Assembly (NCBI GenBank): GCA_964247055.1
Contig: OZ176051.1
Coordinates: forward strand, 10,664,001 to 10,728,000
From: Paragordius varius
Taxonomy: Eukaryota > Animalia > Nematomorpha
DNA: 64,000 bases
Direction: 5' to 3'
This document shows, in pieces, positions 42,101-54,700 of this stretch (positions within the stretch are counted from its first letter, which is position 1; each line of letters starts with the position of its first letter). Both the position numbers and the translations under genes were made by a program. The notes under the pieces are model-generated. The model ran no database searches. It had not been told where the DNA came from and saw nothing but the letters and a program-made list of their open reading frames with translations.

Positions 42101-45100
42101 ATGGAATTAATATGTTAAATTTTCATGCGATGCTTTATTATCTAGGTATTTTCTATTATTTATAACCCGACTTCGTTTATATGATTATCCTCATGTGAAT
42201 TGTCGATTACTACAAAAATAATTTTTCCCAAACGCTTATAATTATATGGCTAACCTAAAGTAACATTTTTAGTTGACATTTATATTGTAGATAAAAAATT
42301 TTGAGGTCCCCTCATTTTTCCAATCTAAACCATACAAATATTTATTTTAATTCTAATGATAAATTTTTGAAGAACTTCTGTTACAAATATATTTTATATG
42401 AAGTTTTTATAATGAAAATGTAACAGCATCACAATAGTTAGTTATCGATCTTTATGCCATCTCCTCTTCTATATAAATTTTGTCCATTTATATGTATTAT
42501 ATTATTAGTATAAAAAAGTAATTATTTTAAAGCCAACACACCAAATCAAAAATCTCTGAACAAACAAAAAAAACCAATAAATTGCTTTATTTTGCTCTCT
42601 ATGAGACCATTCTCCTAATGAAAAAATAATTTAGTGTGTGGTCGTACCATTTGCTTAGCTGTCTGCCTATTTTTAAACGACGCGCGAAACCCATAAGAGG
42701 AAATAAATATTTCCATATTTTTGCGACAAACTCTTATTTAGACGACGATACCATTTACCATTTTTTTATCTATTTTATAAGTTTTTATTTTATTGGATGA
42801 GTGGGGGAGCATCTGCCCCGCGTTTTATATATTTGATTTTTTTATTGTTTACATAACAATACTAATATGATTATTCCAATCACATTTACTAACTTGTTGG
42901 CTTGCTTGCTAATGCTAATGCTAAAAATAACCTCTCACCCCTAAAATTATCATTTTTGAATAATAATGTGATATATTCTGGTGTGCAACCTATATTACAT
43001 CCTTGAAAATCATTCACTCTATGAAATTCAAAAAAATCGGTACTTTTTAAGATAATATTATATCATTTTTAAAGGTTATAACAGCGGTACGTATAAGTTT
43101 ATTATGTTTTATCAGATATACTCAATTAAATTTTGTCCATATAAATGACAAATTTTATTAAAAATAATTTTATTTGTCCAGCCCAAACTTATCAAATCGG
43201 TGTGGCCATTCAACACCGAGAGTGATGGAGTTGAGGAAAATGATAAACACAATACCGATAATATAATCGTCTTTAGTGAAGTGCGACAGAAACGAAAAGA
43301 TGCCCTTATGAATCCCATTTCCAAAGCCCTGTACGAAGATAAATTCAAACCCCAAACAAATGGTGGATGGAATATAAAACGAAGCCAATTTGTTCCCTTA
43401 AAGAATAAAAAACGACAAGCGCGACACTATAATAAAGATACAAAAGATATGGATATTCTACCACATGCAAACACCTACCCACAAACCATTCATAATAATG
43501 ATATATTTCAATCGGATGATGATTTATTTGATAGTTGGGATCAAGTCAATCTAATAAACAATTATTTAAATGGTGAAAATCAAAAAGGGACTAATAAAGA
43601 ATCTGATGCCAAGTATGTATACTATTTTCCATACAGATCTCGAAACATTTTTGCATCGTCTAATGATGACAAATACGAAAACACCCAAAAACTGGCCGAT
43701 TCAAATAAATTTATCGATTCCGTCATCTTTGATTCGAGTAATACAGCAAACTCTAAGAGTTTATTTTATGAACCCTTGTCTGCTGCTGTTTATGAACATC
43801 ATCAACCCTCCTTTCCCCACAAGAATCGAAAATTAAAAGATAAAATAGTACCAATAAACATGGGCGCATCACCACACCTTTTGAACTACGTAGAACAATC
43901 CAATGCTCCTGATATGTTTCGTGACAAAAGATTCCAAAGGTTAACAGGTGAAACATTTCCTTCTGGAACGAATAAACACAAAATGTTTATTAGTTTGGGC
44001 CTTTTGGCAACGGTTTTAGCAGCAATATTGGCTATGATTGGACTCATTTTCATAGTTCGCAAGAAACGTGGTGGTGATTCATATGGCGTTCGTGGGAAAA
44101 CTGATCACCGTTTGAATGATACTGAGAGGTTAGAATTTGCTTCTTAAACTGTGTTAATTATATATTTTCTAACATTATATATCTGAATTATGTATGATAG
44201 ATCAACTCCTACAGCGAAAGATTCTACCGGAGCCTTAACATCCGATGAAGAATACATAGATGAGAGTGAAAACATTAACCAAGATTTGAATAGTGATAAA
44301 CGGAGCATTTTACCTCCCAACAGGCATTCAAATGGCTCAACCGGTTTTAAAACTTGGTGGGGTGGAACTGTCACAAATATTATACCAGTTACTAGCACAT
44401 ACGGAGAGGCATATAATAAAATTAATAACTCTCTTGTTAAATTTTATAACAAAATTATAAAGTGTATGTTTATATTCATTTGGTACCTTATTATAGAATA
44501 ATGTGGAATATGGTACGATGGCAAAATCAAATGCTCCTAAAGAAGCTGAAACAGTGTATCAAACCGATAAAAAATCATTGGGTTCGCGCTATACTAATCC
44601 CACATGGGCCTCCAAAACACCCAACTTATCAGATAAAAATCAGGTAATGCATGTTAAGAAATGGTTATATAATTATAATAAATAACTTCAATTGCAAACA
44701 TTTAAAATTAATTTCAACAAATATTTGAAGTATTTTAAAGTAAATTATCACATGAATGGCAGAACCAGAATGGTAGAACCGGTTTATATTTAATTGTGAT
44801 GATTCTGCATATAAAACCTAACCAAAAATTACAGGCGATTGTGTAATTTTAAATAAAATTACTTAAATATAAAGATAACCACATATTTTTCTACTGTTAT
44901 AATGAGGAACGTTACCCCTCTTTTAAATGGGAAAAATTTATACTTTTATCGATATGTTTGTGAACGTTTTTGTATATTTATTTAGCTGCTTACTAATTAA
45001 AAAATTACATTTAACACATTTTTCATTACCAATTTAATATTTGTCCGCTCTTTTATAACCATTTGTGGTATTTATTGATTTTATATAATGAAAATCTAAT

Positions 45101-48100
45101 TATTTATCACAAATAAATACAAACAAAACAAAAAGTTTGACAAAGACACGCCCTCACAAACCACAACTATTCCGGAGGAAAAAGGCGCCTCAGAATCAGG
45201 ACCCACAAAATTTTTTACAGGTTTATCCTCACTCTTTTCGGGTAATTTGACGCCTGGTACTACTAGTGCTCGGAGATCATTACAAAACAGAGATATTGAA
45301 AGTGAAACAAAGTATGTGTAACATTGTATTATAACTTGCATGACTTGGCGATCAAAAAATTGTTTATAAAAGACTATAGAAAACAATTAATAAGGAAGCA
45401 ATTTTAATATTAGATTTACGCAAAAAATTAAAAAACTTATAAAAAAATGTACTATTTTTTTTCAAAATATAGCGAATAATTTTAACAAATGTTAGGGCAA
45501 AGATTGAAACTTAGTTCACACATATGATATTTTAAAAACGTTCCTGATAAATTGTTATGAGCCGCGAAAGGTGCCACTAATTTACCCTAGAGACAAGATT
45601 AATAGTTTTGCAAAATCTGTGGACGGGGGTTAAGTACCGCGGATCTAATCAAAAACCTCCTCGATAAAAAAATTATGATACGACTGCTGTAACATTTAGT
45701 TACATGAAATTTTTATATTAAGCCCTTTTCGATTAAAAATATCAAATATAATGTACTCTTTAAAATGTGTACAAGATTGTTGATCCTATAATTTAAAATT
45801 TTAATCCATTTTTAAACATTATCTTATAGGAAAGTTTAATTGCTTCTAATTTGTGACAATGAATATATTAACATAAATTTGTAGGAAGTTTGTGCAAAAC
45901 GTGTAGATAAATACATTCATATTAATCTATTAACTAGTGACATCAAAAAAGAAAATGCAAATTTCAATCATAGGAAATCCGTTAAAAATGGAAGGCGCAG
46001 TACATGGTATCATATTATTCATGCGTTGTTTTTTTCCCTTTAAAATGCTTGGCATGCCATTCCTTATTTTAGAAGAAATATTTAAAACTTCGAATATCAG
46101 CAAAACATCATCCTTAGTTATTTGACTTTGATTGTTCTTTTTTTTTAATTTACTAAATAATGCATGTATATGTGCAATAGATTTTGTTGCTATCTTAAAA
46201 TTATTTTTTTTCAAATACTATTTGCGCGTTTGTTTCCATTCGATCTTAATGCGCTTATGCTAATCAAATGATAATTTATATTTAAAAATATATAAAGGAC
46301 TGAAGAAATGTTAAATAACAAAATGGATTCATCAACCGGCCATATTGTTTTGGTATATATTATTATATAATTTTTAAATTTAGACATTTATATCTTTGAA
46401 TTTTTTTATATATAATTAATCAAAAATTGGAGTTTTTAACAATATTTATTTAAATTAATTAATAATCGAAAAAATATCAAATATATAAAGTTATTTTATA
46501 TCTAAGCAAATTTTTATATAATGGGTAAATATTTGTGCAATATTGGGATAATTTCAGGTATCGAAACAATATTTCTTCATATAAATTAATAATAATTTAA
46601 AAACAACTGTCTCGAAAAGGTGCAATCTTTAAAAATTTAGCTTTAGTGGGCAGAAACAGACTGTTTTTTATGGAAATATTTTGTAAAAACGCAATGGCTT
46701 CCAAAAAAAATTATATCGCTCCAAAAAACTTATACGTCTATATTTATTGATACAGGCAAGTTTTTTAATAAACCCAAAAAATTCCGATGCGCGATAAAAA
46801 AATTTAATATGTGCAATTTTGCTATTATAAAACATTTCTACCTAGATATAAAGTTTAGGTGAAACGATATGGTATTTAAGCATTGGAAAAACGTTATAAA
46901 AACACTCTAAGAGATTACGAAAAACATTTTTTTCTAGATATACGGTGCTGAACATTTTCATTAAAAACAACATATGCCAAATTTGATAAGATGTGTTAAT
47001 AACAAAAAATCTTATTTAGTGCCAAAAACGTTTTAAAATCTAAATCAGAGGTGACAGAGCTTAAAACTTAGATACAACACATTTCAGTCCTACGATGCAA
47101 ATTGGGTAGTTGGATACCCCAGCTGTTTAAAAATAAATAATTTAAAAAATATGGAATAAATTGAAACCATGGTAAAAAATTGCACTTAAATAACATTAAC
47201 AAACCAAAATATATAAAAATTTCATTTAAATATAATTGATATTACTTATTTTTAGGTAAAACCTCAAAGTAAAAATTTTGTCAACATTACATGTGTGCAA
47301 GCTAAATAAATAGAACTAAATAAACCCCTTTTTTATTTATTTTAATGTTAAATGTTATATAAATGCAAAATTAGCTTTCATTTTAGCTTTAAAATCAAAC
47401 AATTACGATATTTTGCAAAAATGTTGTAAAATAAAAATGGCGTCATAAAAGTTTGATATGAAACTTTTTTTAAAACCAAATTTTTAAACATTTCGGCTTA
47501 TTTATATATATTTAATTAGGATGGAAGCATAAATTTAAATTGGGACCGTTTCTTATAAATTAGAAATGAAATATAATCTGGGGAGGTATTTAGATACCCC
47601 AATTTGAATCGAAGTGTTAAGCATTGTCGAAATTTATTGTATTTATAGTATAGAGTGTTTTTTTACCGTTTCACCATGACTCAAAATATTATAAGACTTG
47701 TTTCACAAAAATATTTAAGTTTTTGAGCAGCCTATCTTTTTTTCAGAACAAACTTTTCCCGATGTATTAGCGTATTTTCAAATTTTCGTACAATATTGGC
47801 ATTTTTGCTATTTAAGAAAGCTTGCCCGTTTTAATCGGATCCGAAAATTTGAGCTCGGAGCCCAATGATTAATTTAAAATTTTATATAAATATTCTTTTG
47901 TGCATTCAATTTGAATTATATTTTAATAAAGTATTTGGCTTTTATCAAAAAAAATTATTTAGCAATGTGGTGCAAATTATATTTTCTGATATGGAGTTCT
48001 TACCACAAAAATGTTAATAACATTCTTACGTCATTGTAAAGCCCAAACACTTTGAAAATGCTGATACATTTTATCGGAATATAATATGATTATCAAGATA

Positions 48101-50861
48101 TATTTATTCCACATTTTGGGCGCAGACAAAATCCTTTTTTACATTTTTTTAATCTGAGTTTTATATTTTGGCGAAACAATATAAAACGAACAGCTGATTT
48201 TAAAACAAATTAGCGAGTTGTCAAATTTTGATAGAAAGCATATAACAATCATTCGTCAAGTATTAAGGAAGTTTTATCTAAAAATGCATTTGTTTTGCAA
48301 AATTATTATCCAACTTTAAAAATTACGTAAAATGGCTTTTATCAAACATTCTAGATAATATTACTGAATATTAATCTCCAAAAGCCATATTACTATGACA
48401 CATTACTTTTGAATCAAATATAATTTTTATATAAAATGATTTTCAATTTAGTGGACTGTAATAACGAGTTAATATTTTACCTTTCTAACAAGATTTTAGG
48501 ATTTTTGGTAAAGTGTAAATAATAAAATAACTTTCCACACCTCCGTATTTTTTTAAAATAATTTAGGGCTACATGGAGAAACATTTTATACATCGTCAAC
48601 TAATTGACAAAGAGTGGTCAGATAATTTGTCAATTTATGTTCCCGCACCATTTACCGATGTGACGGAAGAGCCTTCAAATAATACCAACCTTAATTTTCG
48701 ATTAGTCCACGTACAATTCAATTGGTTAAAGGATGATTGGAAACATTTGTTTGAGGGAATGCCTACGTTTGAGAGGAACGAAAACCTTACCTTACTCTCC
48801 GATCGACTGAACCCATTTGGGATTTTGCCCTACACTGCTAACTCAGTTAAACTCCATTTTAGCGAAACAACAGCGAAATCTCGCAAACGCTTATCAAATA
48901 TATCGCTCAAGGTTTGTTAGCAAATGTTTATGTTTGCCATTATATTAAATCAGTTTTAATTTTTCAATCGAATGTGGCTTAATAGATAGTTATGGTCAGA
49001 TAATTATAGATAAAGTAATTTTGTTTAACATAATTGCATTTCTGAATTTTCAAACATATTATATAGCCTAACCATTATATATAAAATATAAAACGAACAA
49101 GCCTACAAACAGTTTTTCAGGGTTCAGAACCTTCGCCTCGGAATCAACAAATTTAATGTAGTCCTGAACTTTTTAAAGATCATTTAAATTACATAAATGT
49201 TGATTCGTATTAATTATTTTTCGCCCCAAATATTTAACTTTGAACAGTAAAGTCAATATAATGGGCCAAATTAATAACAAATGGTTACTTTTATTTAAGG
49301 CTTTATACTTTTCAATAAAACACCCATTTGTTAATTTTTTAAATCCATTTTCATTAAAATAATAGGAAATTACCGCTGCTGGCTCCTCCAAAAATGCTAC
49401 CAGTTCTGTTTTATCGCCTAATAACCTTACTGTATCATCACAGAGAGATGAATTTGGAACACCGATCTCCACTATGCCTTTCAAATATATCAATGCAAGT
49501 TTTGTGAGTGAATCTGACCCACGCTTCCCAAATTATATAGCGGCCCAATGCCCTTTAGATCATGATACCTCTTGTAATTTTTGGCAGGTTTAAAATTTTG
49601 TTTTCTTTTATATAGTTAGTAGGGTTGGGTTTAAGCGGTTATCTTTTCATTAAATGCGTACTTGTAAATGGTAAAGTATTATTTATTTGTCAAAAATAAT
49701 GCAAAATTTGGCTGGTTAAATTTGCATGTCAAAATATATTTCAATTTAAGTAATCAACTGGTTATTAAAAATGTTTTATTTAACCACAAACCCGGCCCTA
49801 GTCAGTAGTATTGATATAACTCGTCATGAAATTCATTGCCCAATGTCATAATATTTTAACCAAATTTTTAGATGATATGGGAAAGGGGAATCTTTATTAT
49901 AGTGAATCTCACGACACAACATGAATATCAAAATATTTCGGTTGGATCTCAAAGTCCTCCACAACAAAGTCCCGGTCAAGAAAACGATGAGAATGGCAAC
50001 AAAAATAAGGAATTTGCATCAACGCAGCAGAATCATTATCTTTTTAAGTATTGGCCTGATAAGGGTGTATCCACTTTTTCAAATTATGAGGTATAATTAA
50101 TTTATATGGGCTTTTAAGAATTTGTGTTAAATAGAGTTTTTAGAACCTACATCAATGTGTGAGATGTCTTTCGTAATTAGTGATCTATATTTAAATGACT
50201 TTAAATGGGCTACAGTTTTATAAAACCTATATATGATGTTTTATTCGAGGGTGTAGTCATAGTATATAAATCTTGTTGTCAACATACCATCATTAAGATG
50301 GATAATGGATTTATTATTTGCTCAATTAGCCCTAATATATCATATAAAATTTCGTTTTTTTGAATGAAAAATAATAAATTAACATTGAATGCCAATAATT
50401 TTTGACAATTTTAGCATTTTGATCTAAGTTTATATGATACATACGGTAAAATTTTATCTCTATATCGGTCTATATATATATTTAAATAATCCGATATTTT
50501 TTGTTAACACAAACACCCATTAATTTAAATATTACTATACCATTATTAGATATACCTTGTAAGCGAACATGTCTGGTGTACAGATTATATTGTGCGCAGT
50601 TTTTACGTTAAAAATTTGGAAAGTAATGAAACCAGGACTCTAACATCCTTCCATTATACGGCATGGTCAAAACCTGCAGTTTCTAATCTCAATAATAATT
50701 TACAAAGTATGTTTTTTGATATTTCTAATAAACTTTGATTTCAAATTCGTTGATATAAAAAACTAGCAAATTTATTTAAATATAACCTTTAATTTCAAAT
50801 TCGTTGATATAAAAAACTAGCAAATTTATCTAAAAATATTATGTTTTAAATAAACATTAAA

Positions 50862-50895
<34 letters not shown>

Positions 50896-52916
50896 ATCTA
50901 TCAGTTTGTATAGTTTACATTAACATAATTTGTTATATAAACAATTATTTAGCTATCAATGGAATTCCAACGAAACAAGAACCTTACAACAAATTTTCTG
51001 GAACGATCCCGTTTGACACCAAAACATTTTTGGAGTTTCGAAGGTTTTAATTTTTTCACTTTTATTTTTTATTGGGTAGCGTTTGATAAATCTGTTTAAA
51101 ATATGTGGTTTATAATTCTCGTGTGTTTCTGCCATCATTTTTGTGATATAGCAATTTCTAACCAAATTATTTGGCCTTTTAAGGATTTCAATTGCATAGT
51201 CACAAAAGTGATGGAAGTGGCATTGTTGTGTATAAATTTATTCAATAAAGTATGAGACACGTTTTGTTGGAAATAAATATTTTTTTATTTTTATCAAAAT
51301 TGATGATTTCAATAAAAGTTATTGATTTAGTAAATCTAAAGAAAATAGTAGTATTTAATAATTTGGAGAAATGTTTTATTATTCCGTACAATTCTTAAAG
51401 AGTAAGTTAAGTGTCAACACAGCTTACCATATTATGCTTCCCAGCCTTAAGTGTAATTGCTAATTCGCTAACCAGATAGATATAAATTAGGCTTTTACGT
51501 GCCTTTTTTTCAATTTAATTAAATATTTTTTTTTATATTTATATGGCATGAATCAATTTTAAATTGTGTTTTGTCACCGTCGCAAACTTTATATTCGATA
51601 TTACATATATATATCCTAGTTTTATCAAAATTATAAGGTTTATATTATATATTTTTTTAAATTAATTTTCAGGAAAATTAACAAATCTTTCAAAGGACGT
51701 TCCACTCCAATAGTTGTACATTGCAAGTATATTATTGTATTTTAAAAATTTAAAATTAATTTATAATATTTTTCCCATAAACTGCAAATAACATTGATCT
51801 TAATATATCATATTATTTATTTATTTCAAATTTATATTAGCGATGGTGCGGGTCGGACGGGAATGTACATTTTAATCGATATGATTCTTTCACGCCTTAA
51901 TAAAGGTATTTGATTCAAAAATCTTTTCTCAAATCACAATGAATTATTAAAAAAATAAAAAAATTAAAATAAAACTATGATCTAATATCTCTAAAATGCA
52001 TTGTCTAAACCAATTTATGCCATCACGTTATTTTACCGTTTAGGAGTGAAAGAAATTGATATAGAAGCATCGGTTGAATATTTAAGAGATCAGCGTATGA
52101 AAATGGTGGAAAGCAAGGTATATAATTTTTTATTTATTTATTTTTTTCTACACCTATGAATGCATCTCATGTTTGCCAAAATATATGAAAAAATGGAACA
52201 GTAAAATAAAATATAGTTCTTATGTAAAATAAGTGGTGAATGATGTAAATTTTAATCGCAAAATAAATTTTTTGCCTAACACCTAGTTAAAATTGTTTTA
52301 ATAAAATTTATCTTAATGATACTTCCATTCCAATTGAGTTATCTAGAAACCCAGGCCTTCTAAATGAAATTTTTTACTAAAATGGATGGCTCATATTAAT
52401 TTTCTGTTATCTAAATGAGATATCGAATTCCGCGCCATTTTCCTAAACCTTTTTGGAATATCATATATTTTGATTCTTAGCTAAAATTTAGGTCTTTATT
52501 ATATAAATTATGAAATATTTCTGAAAAAATACAGAAAAACGGTAAAAATATCAATATTTCTTATTTACTCATGCACTCATTCAATCCTTAATTACCTTCA
52601 GTTTATAGCAGAAAAATTAGTCATTTAAATTTTGATGCACCAATGGCATCTAAGTAACAAATTTTGAAATGATAATAAATTTCATATTTTTCTAAAATGT
52701 TGAACAGACCTGGGCTCGTCAATTATCTCTATTTGTATCGAGTAACATTTAAATATGATTTTTTCGAGTGTCATAAAATATCTAGATTTTATATGCCAAC
52801 GTAATTTAATATTAACCAATTTTATTTTATTTAAGGAACAATATGAATTCTGTTTTTTGGCCATCAGTGAGGAAGTTCAAGATATATTACGCTCTCTAAT
52901 ACCCGCAAATTCCTGA
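29703..52916 (+). CDS. PTPRN: Receptor-type tyrosine-protein phosphatase-like N (IA-2/phogrin/ida-1 family); 5' exons unresolved
   Basis: Twenty phase-consistent exons: 29703-30096, 31309-31453, 33340-33483, 34013-34099, 34691-34770, 35919-35998, 43182-44128, 44201-44435 (end uncertain), 44497-44643, 45136-45311, 46298-46352, 48567-48911, 49366-49587, 49872-50090, 50550-50706, 50953-51043, 51673-51726, 51841-51905, 52044-52117, 52836-52916 (1265 aa + stop). IA-2 SEA-like ectodomain (DHVFIRTNK...ITFKIN...IIMTGLG), one TM helix, and family motifs [92 protein letters not shown] versus PTPRN2 cannot be distinguished (invertebrate co-orthologue). Confidence 0.95.
32274..32525 (-). mobile_element. 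Short GC-rich hAT-like MITE
   Basis: One end reads CAGTGGCGTAGC on the minus strand (32525 inward); the other end is a degenerate GCTAAGCCTGTG. GGCGCCCC motifs lie inside both ends. Confidence 0.45.
32757..33136. mobile_element. MITE family B with internal 21-bp tandem repeats, copy 1
   Basis: TIR AATGTATACCATTTACA / TGTAAATGGTATATTA. About five units of TTAAACAATTCAAATTCACCC at ~32770-32875 and an inverted array at ~33047-33122. Confidence 0.8.
33485..33524. repeat. (TA)20 microsatellite fused to a splice donor
   Basis: Intron begins at 33484 with G followed directly by (TA)20. Confidence 0.95.
34911..35191. mobile_element. MITE family B, copy 2
   Basis: Same 21-bp unit (CTTAAACAATTTAAATTCACCC) on the left and inverted on the right, ending TGAATTGTAAATGGTATATTA. 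Confidence 0.7.
36105..36152. repeat. (TA)24 microsatellite
   Basis: Read directly from the sequence. Further (TA)14 tracts lie at 50868-50895 and 63095-63122. Confidence 0.95.
39821..40916 (+). mobile_element. Heavily decayed mariner element (Mos1/mauritiana-like) in an IA-2 intron
   Basis: Broken frames give CESL..FLHLIV (start of DD34D domain), W.DQ...[28 protein letters not shown] and [25 protein letters not shown], collinear with Mos1 transposase. Right end AACTTATGACACTTGG|TA; left end degenerate TA|CTGGGTGGAATCATAA. Confidence 0.8.
46600..48120. mobile_element. Diverged family A-related foldback remnant
   Basis: Left-arm-like blocks at 46780-46960 and right-arm-like blocks at 47790-48110 (CTGATATGGAGTTCTTACCAC...TGCTGATACATTTTATC). 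Boundaries uncertain. Confidence 0.4.
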
Positions 52917-52929
52917 TTCAACTTTTATT

Positions 52930-52944
52930 AATAAAGTTAATAAA
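52930..52944 (+). promoter_or_regulatory. Candidate polyadenylation signals of the IA-2 gene
   Basis: Two AATAAA hexamers 14 and 23 nt after the stop codon. Weak evidence in such AT-rich DNA. Confidence 0.25.
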
Positions 52945-53472
52945 ACCATATATATACTTAATCCAAATATAAAAAATGGATAAAAGAATTATGTAAAATA
53001 TCAAAATATTTATACTGTGCAATTTTTGTTACCCGATTTTTTGATAACTAAACTTTTTTATTTCCTTTCAGTCAAAATTTTTTATATTGCCCATAAATTA
53101 TTATTATTGTAATATGTGTTTTCATAGCATTATAACCAAATTATATTTGTATCTCTATCTGCAAAATAAATAATTTTTTTGTTATAGCCATGCACCTTAA
53201 AGGGGAAAGGATAATTTAAATTAAATTAAAAGACACTATTTTATAACCTCTGGTAAAGTATAACTGATGATATATTTTTCATTGATTTGATGGGGACAAC
53301 AAGAGGCTTTTTAGTGAAATCGATTTTACAGCCCTTACAATGTTCTACGATACATATAATCCTTTTCTTTTATTTCCCTTTTCGCCTTTAAAGTTTGGTT
53401 TTGGAATTTTATTTTACCTTTTTATTTGTTTGGTCATAGAATTCATTAGTCATTTTCTATTGGGGCTATATT

Positions 53473-54575
53473 CACTGTGTATACAAAAAATCACCTGTTG
53501 AAATAGTAATATGTATCAAGATTATCATGGTGATTTTGGTTTGGGTTACGGGTGATATAAGAAAGTACTTTTGTGGTAAGTGCTACATATATCTAAATGG
53601 CAATATTTTATCACATTTTTTGTAATAAAAATTTTTTGGTGAAATAAAATGATTTATTTTAAAACACTAAAATATAGTATAAATTACCCTAAAAAAGCAG
53701 AACAATATTTTTTAATTAATTAATTTTAAGATCTGGGCTTCGATCCTAAATTTTTGCTCATCTAAATTCGAAAATAAAGGCAAAAATGCAGTGCGAAATA
53801 TATTTGAATTTATACTAAAATTTTGGAATAAAAAAAAATATTTTTTAAAAAGGGCATACTTTTTAAAAAAAATTTTAACAAAATTTTTTTGAAGCGCACT
53901 TACTCTTTTTAGGTTTGATGGAAACGGTAAAAACGCCTTTAGATATATTATAAAACCACTTTCTATATATGATAATACTAAACATTTTTATTACGTCAGA
54001 TTTTGAAATGTTTGTTCGATTTTATATTTATTTAAAAAATAAATTTGAAAGTAAATGTACTTTAAACTTCATTCTGAGGTAATATAGTTTAGCATCATCA
54101 ATTTATATAAAAAGTGTTTTTATAATATCTAAAAGCGTTTTTATACCGTTTCCATCATGCCTTAAAAAATAGTATAAAGTATCAACAAATTTTCCTAAAA
54201 TTAAAAGTATGCATTATTTTTATATATTTCTGATGTCAAAATTTAGCATATATTAAAAAAAATTATCGCGCAATCCCGGCATTTTTGCGTTTTAAAAGAA
54301 CTAGCCCATTTTAAAAGAGCGAAAATATTTGGGACTTTCATAACCCAGATCTAAAAATAAAAATAATAAAATATTATTTGGCTTTTTATAGTTTCTGATA
54401 TATTGTGATATTTTTCGAAATGGACATTTAGCTTTCACCAAAAAATTATTGTAAAAAATGTTCCCAAATTTTGATACAGGAAAACAATGTATAATAATGA
54501 ATGGATTGAGAATAATAACTTTCAAAACATTATCTCATCGCTGCCAAAAAAATCAAAAGGTCATGAGTAATAAAT
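53473..54575. mobile_element. Foldback MITE family A, copy 4
   Basis: Left end CACTGTGTATACAAAAAA. Inner arms GATGGAAACGGTAAAAACGCCTTTAGATAT (53917) and ATATCTAAAAGCGTTTTTATACCGTTTCCATC (54125) are reverse complements; outer arms are more degenerate. Confidence 0.75.
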
Positions 54576-54700
54576 AAACGCATTTTTTTATAAATGTTAA
54601 TTAATTTTGAATTGCCAAAAAGTTAAATTATCCTGTTAACAAACGTATAGAATGAAATCTTTAATTTATCCATAAATTTGCAATTAAAATTATATTGATA

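Noticed and set aside
45930-46214. 94-aa minus-strand ORF in an IA-2 intron
   Set aside because: Starts at a non-ATG codon, has no recognisable motif or convincing splice sites, and is probably a transposon remnant or chance ORF.
49504-49509. Perfect donor GTGAGT inside an IA-2 exon
   Set aside because: Reading through gives VSESDPRFP, collinear with the conserved IA-2 IEHDPR motif, so it is coding.
50739-50830. ~40-bp direct repeat TTTCAAATTCGTTGATATAAAAAACTAGCAAATTTAT
   Set aside because: A simple local intronic duplication with no further copies or structure.
7650-52916. FN3/cadherin exons and the downstream PTP forming one lefftyrin-like receptor phosphatase
   Set aside because: The PTP gene has its own IA-2-type ectodomain and diagnostic motifs, and the FN3/cadherin exons carry stops; no splice path links them.
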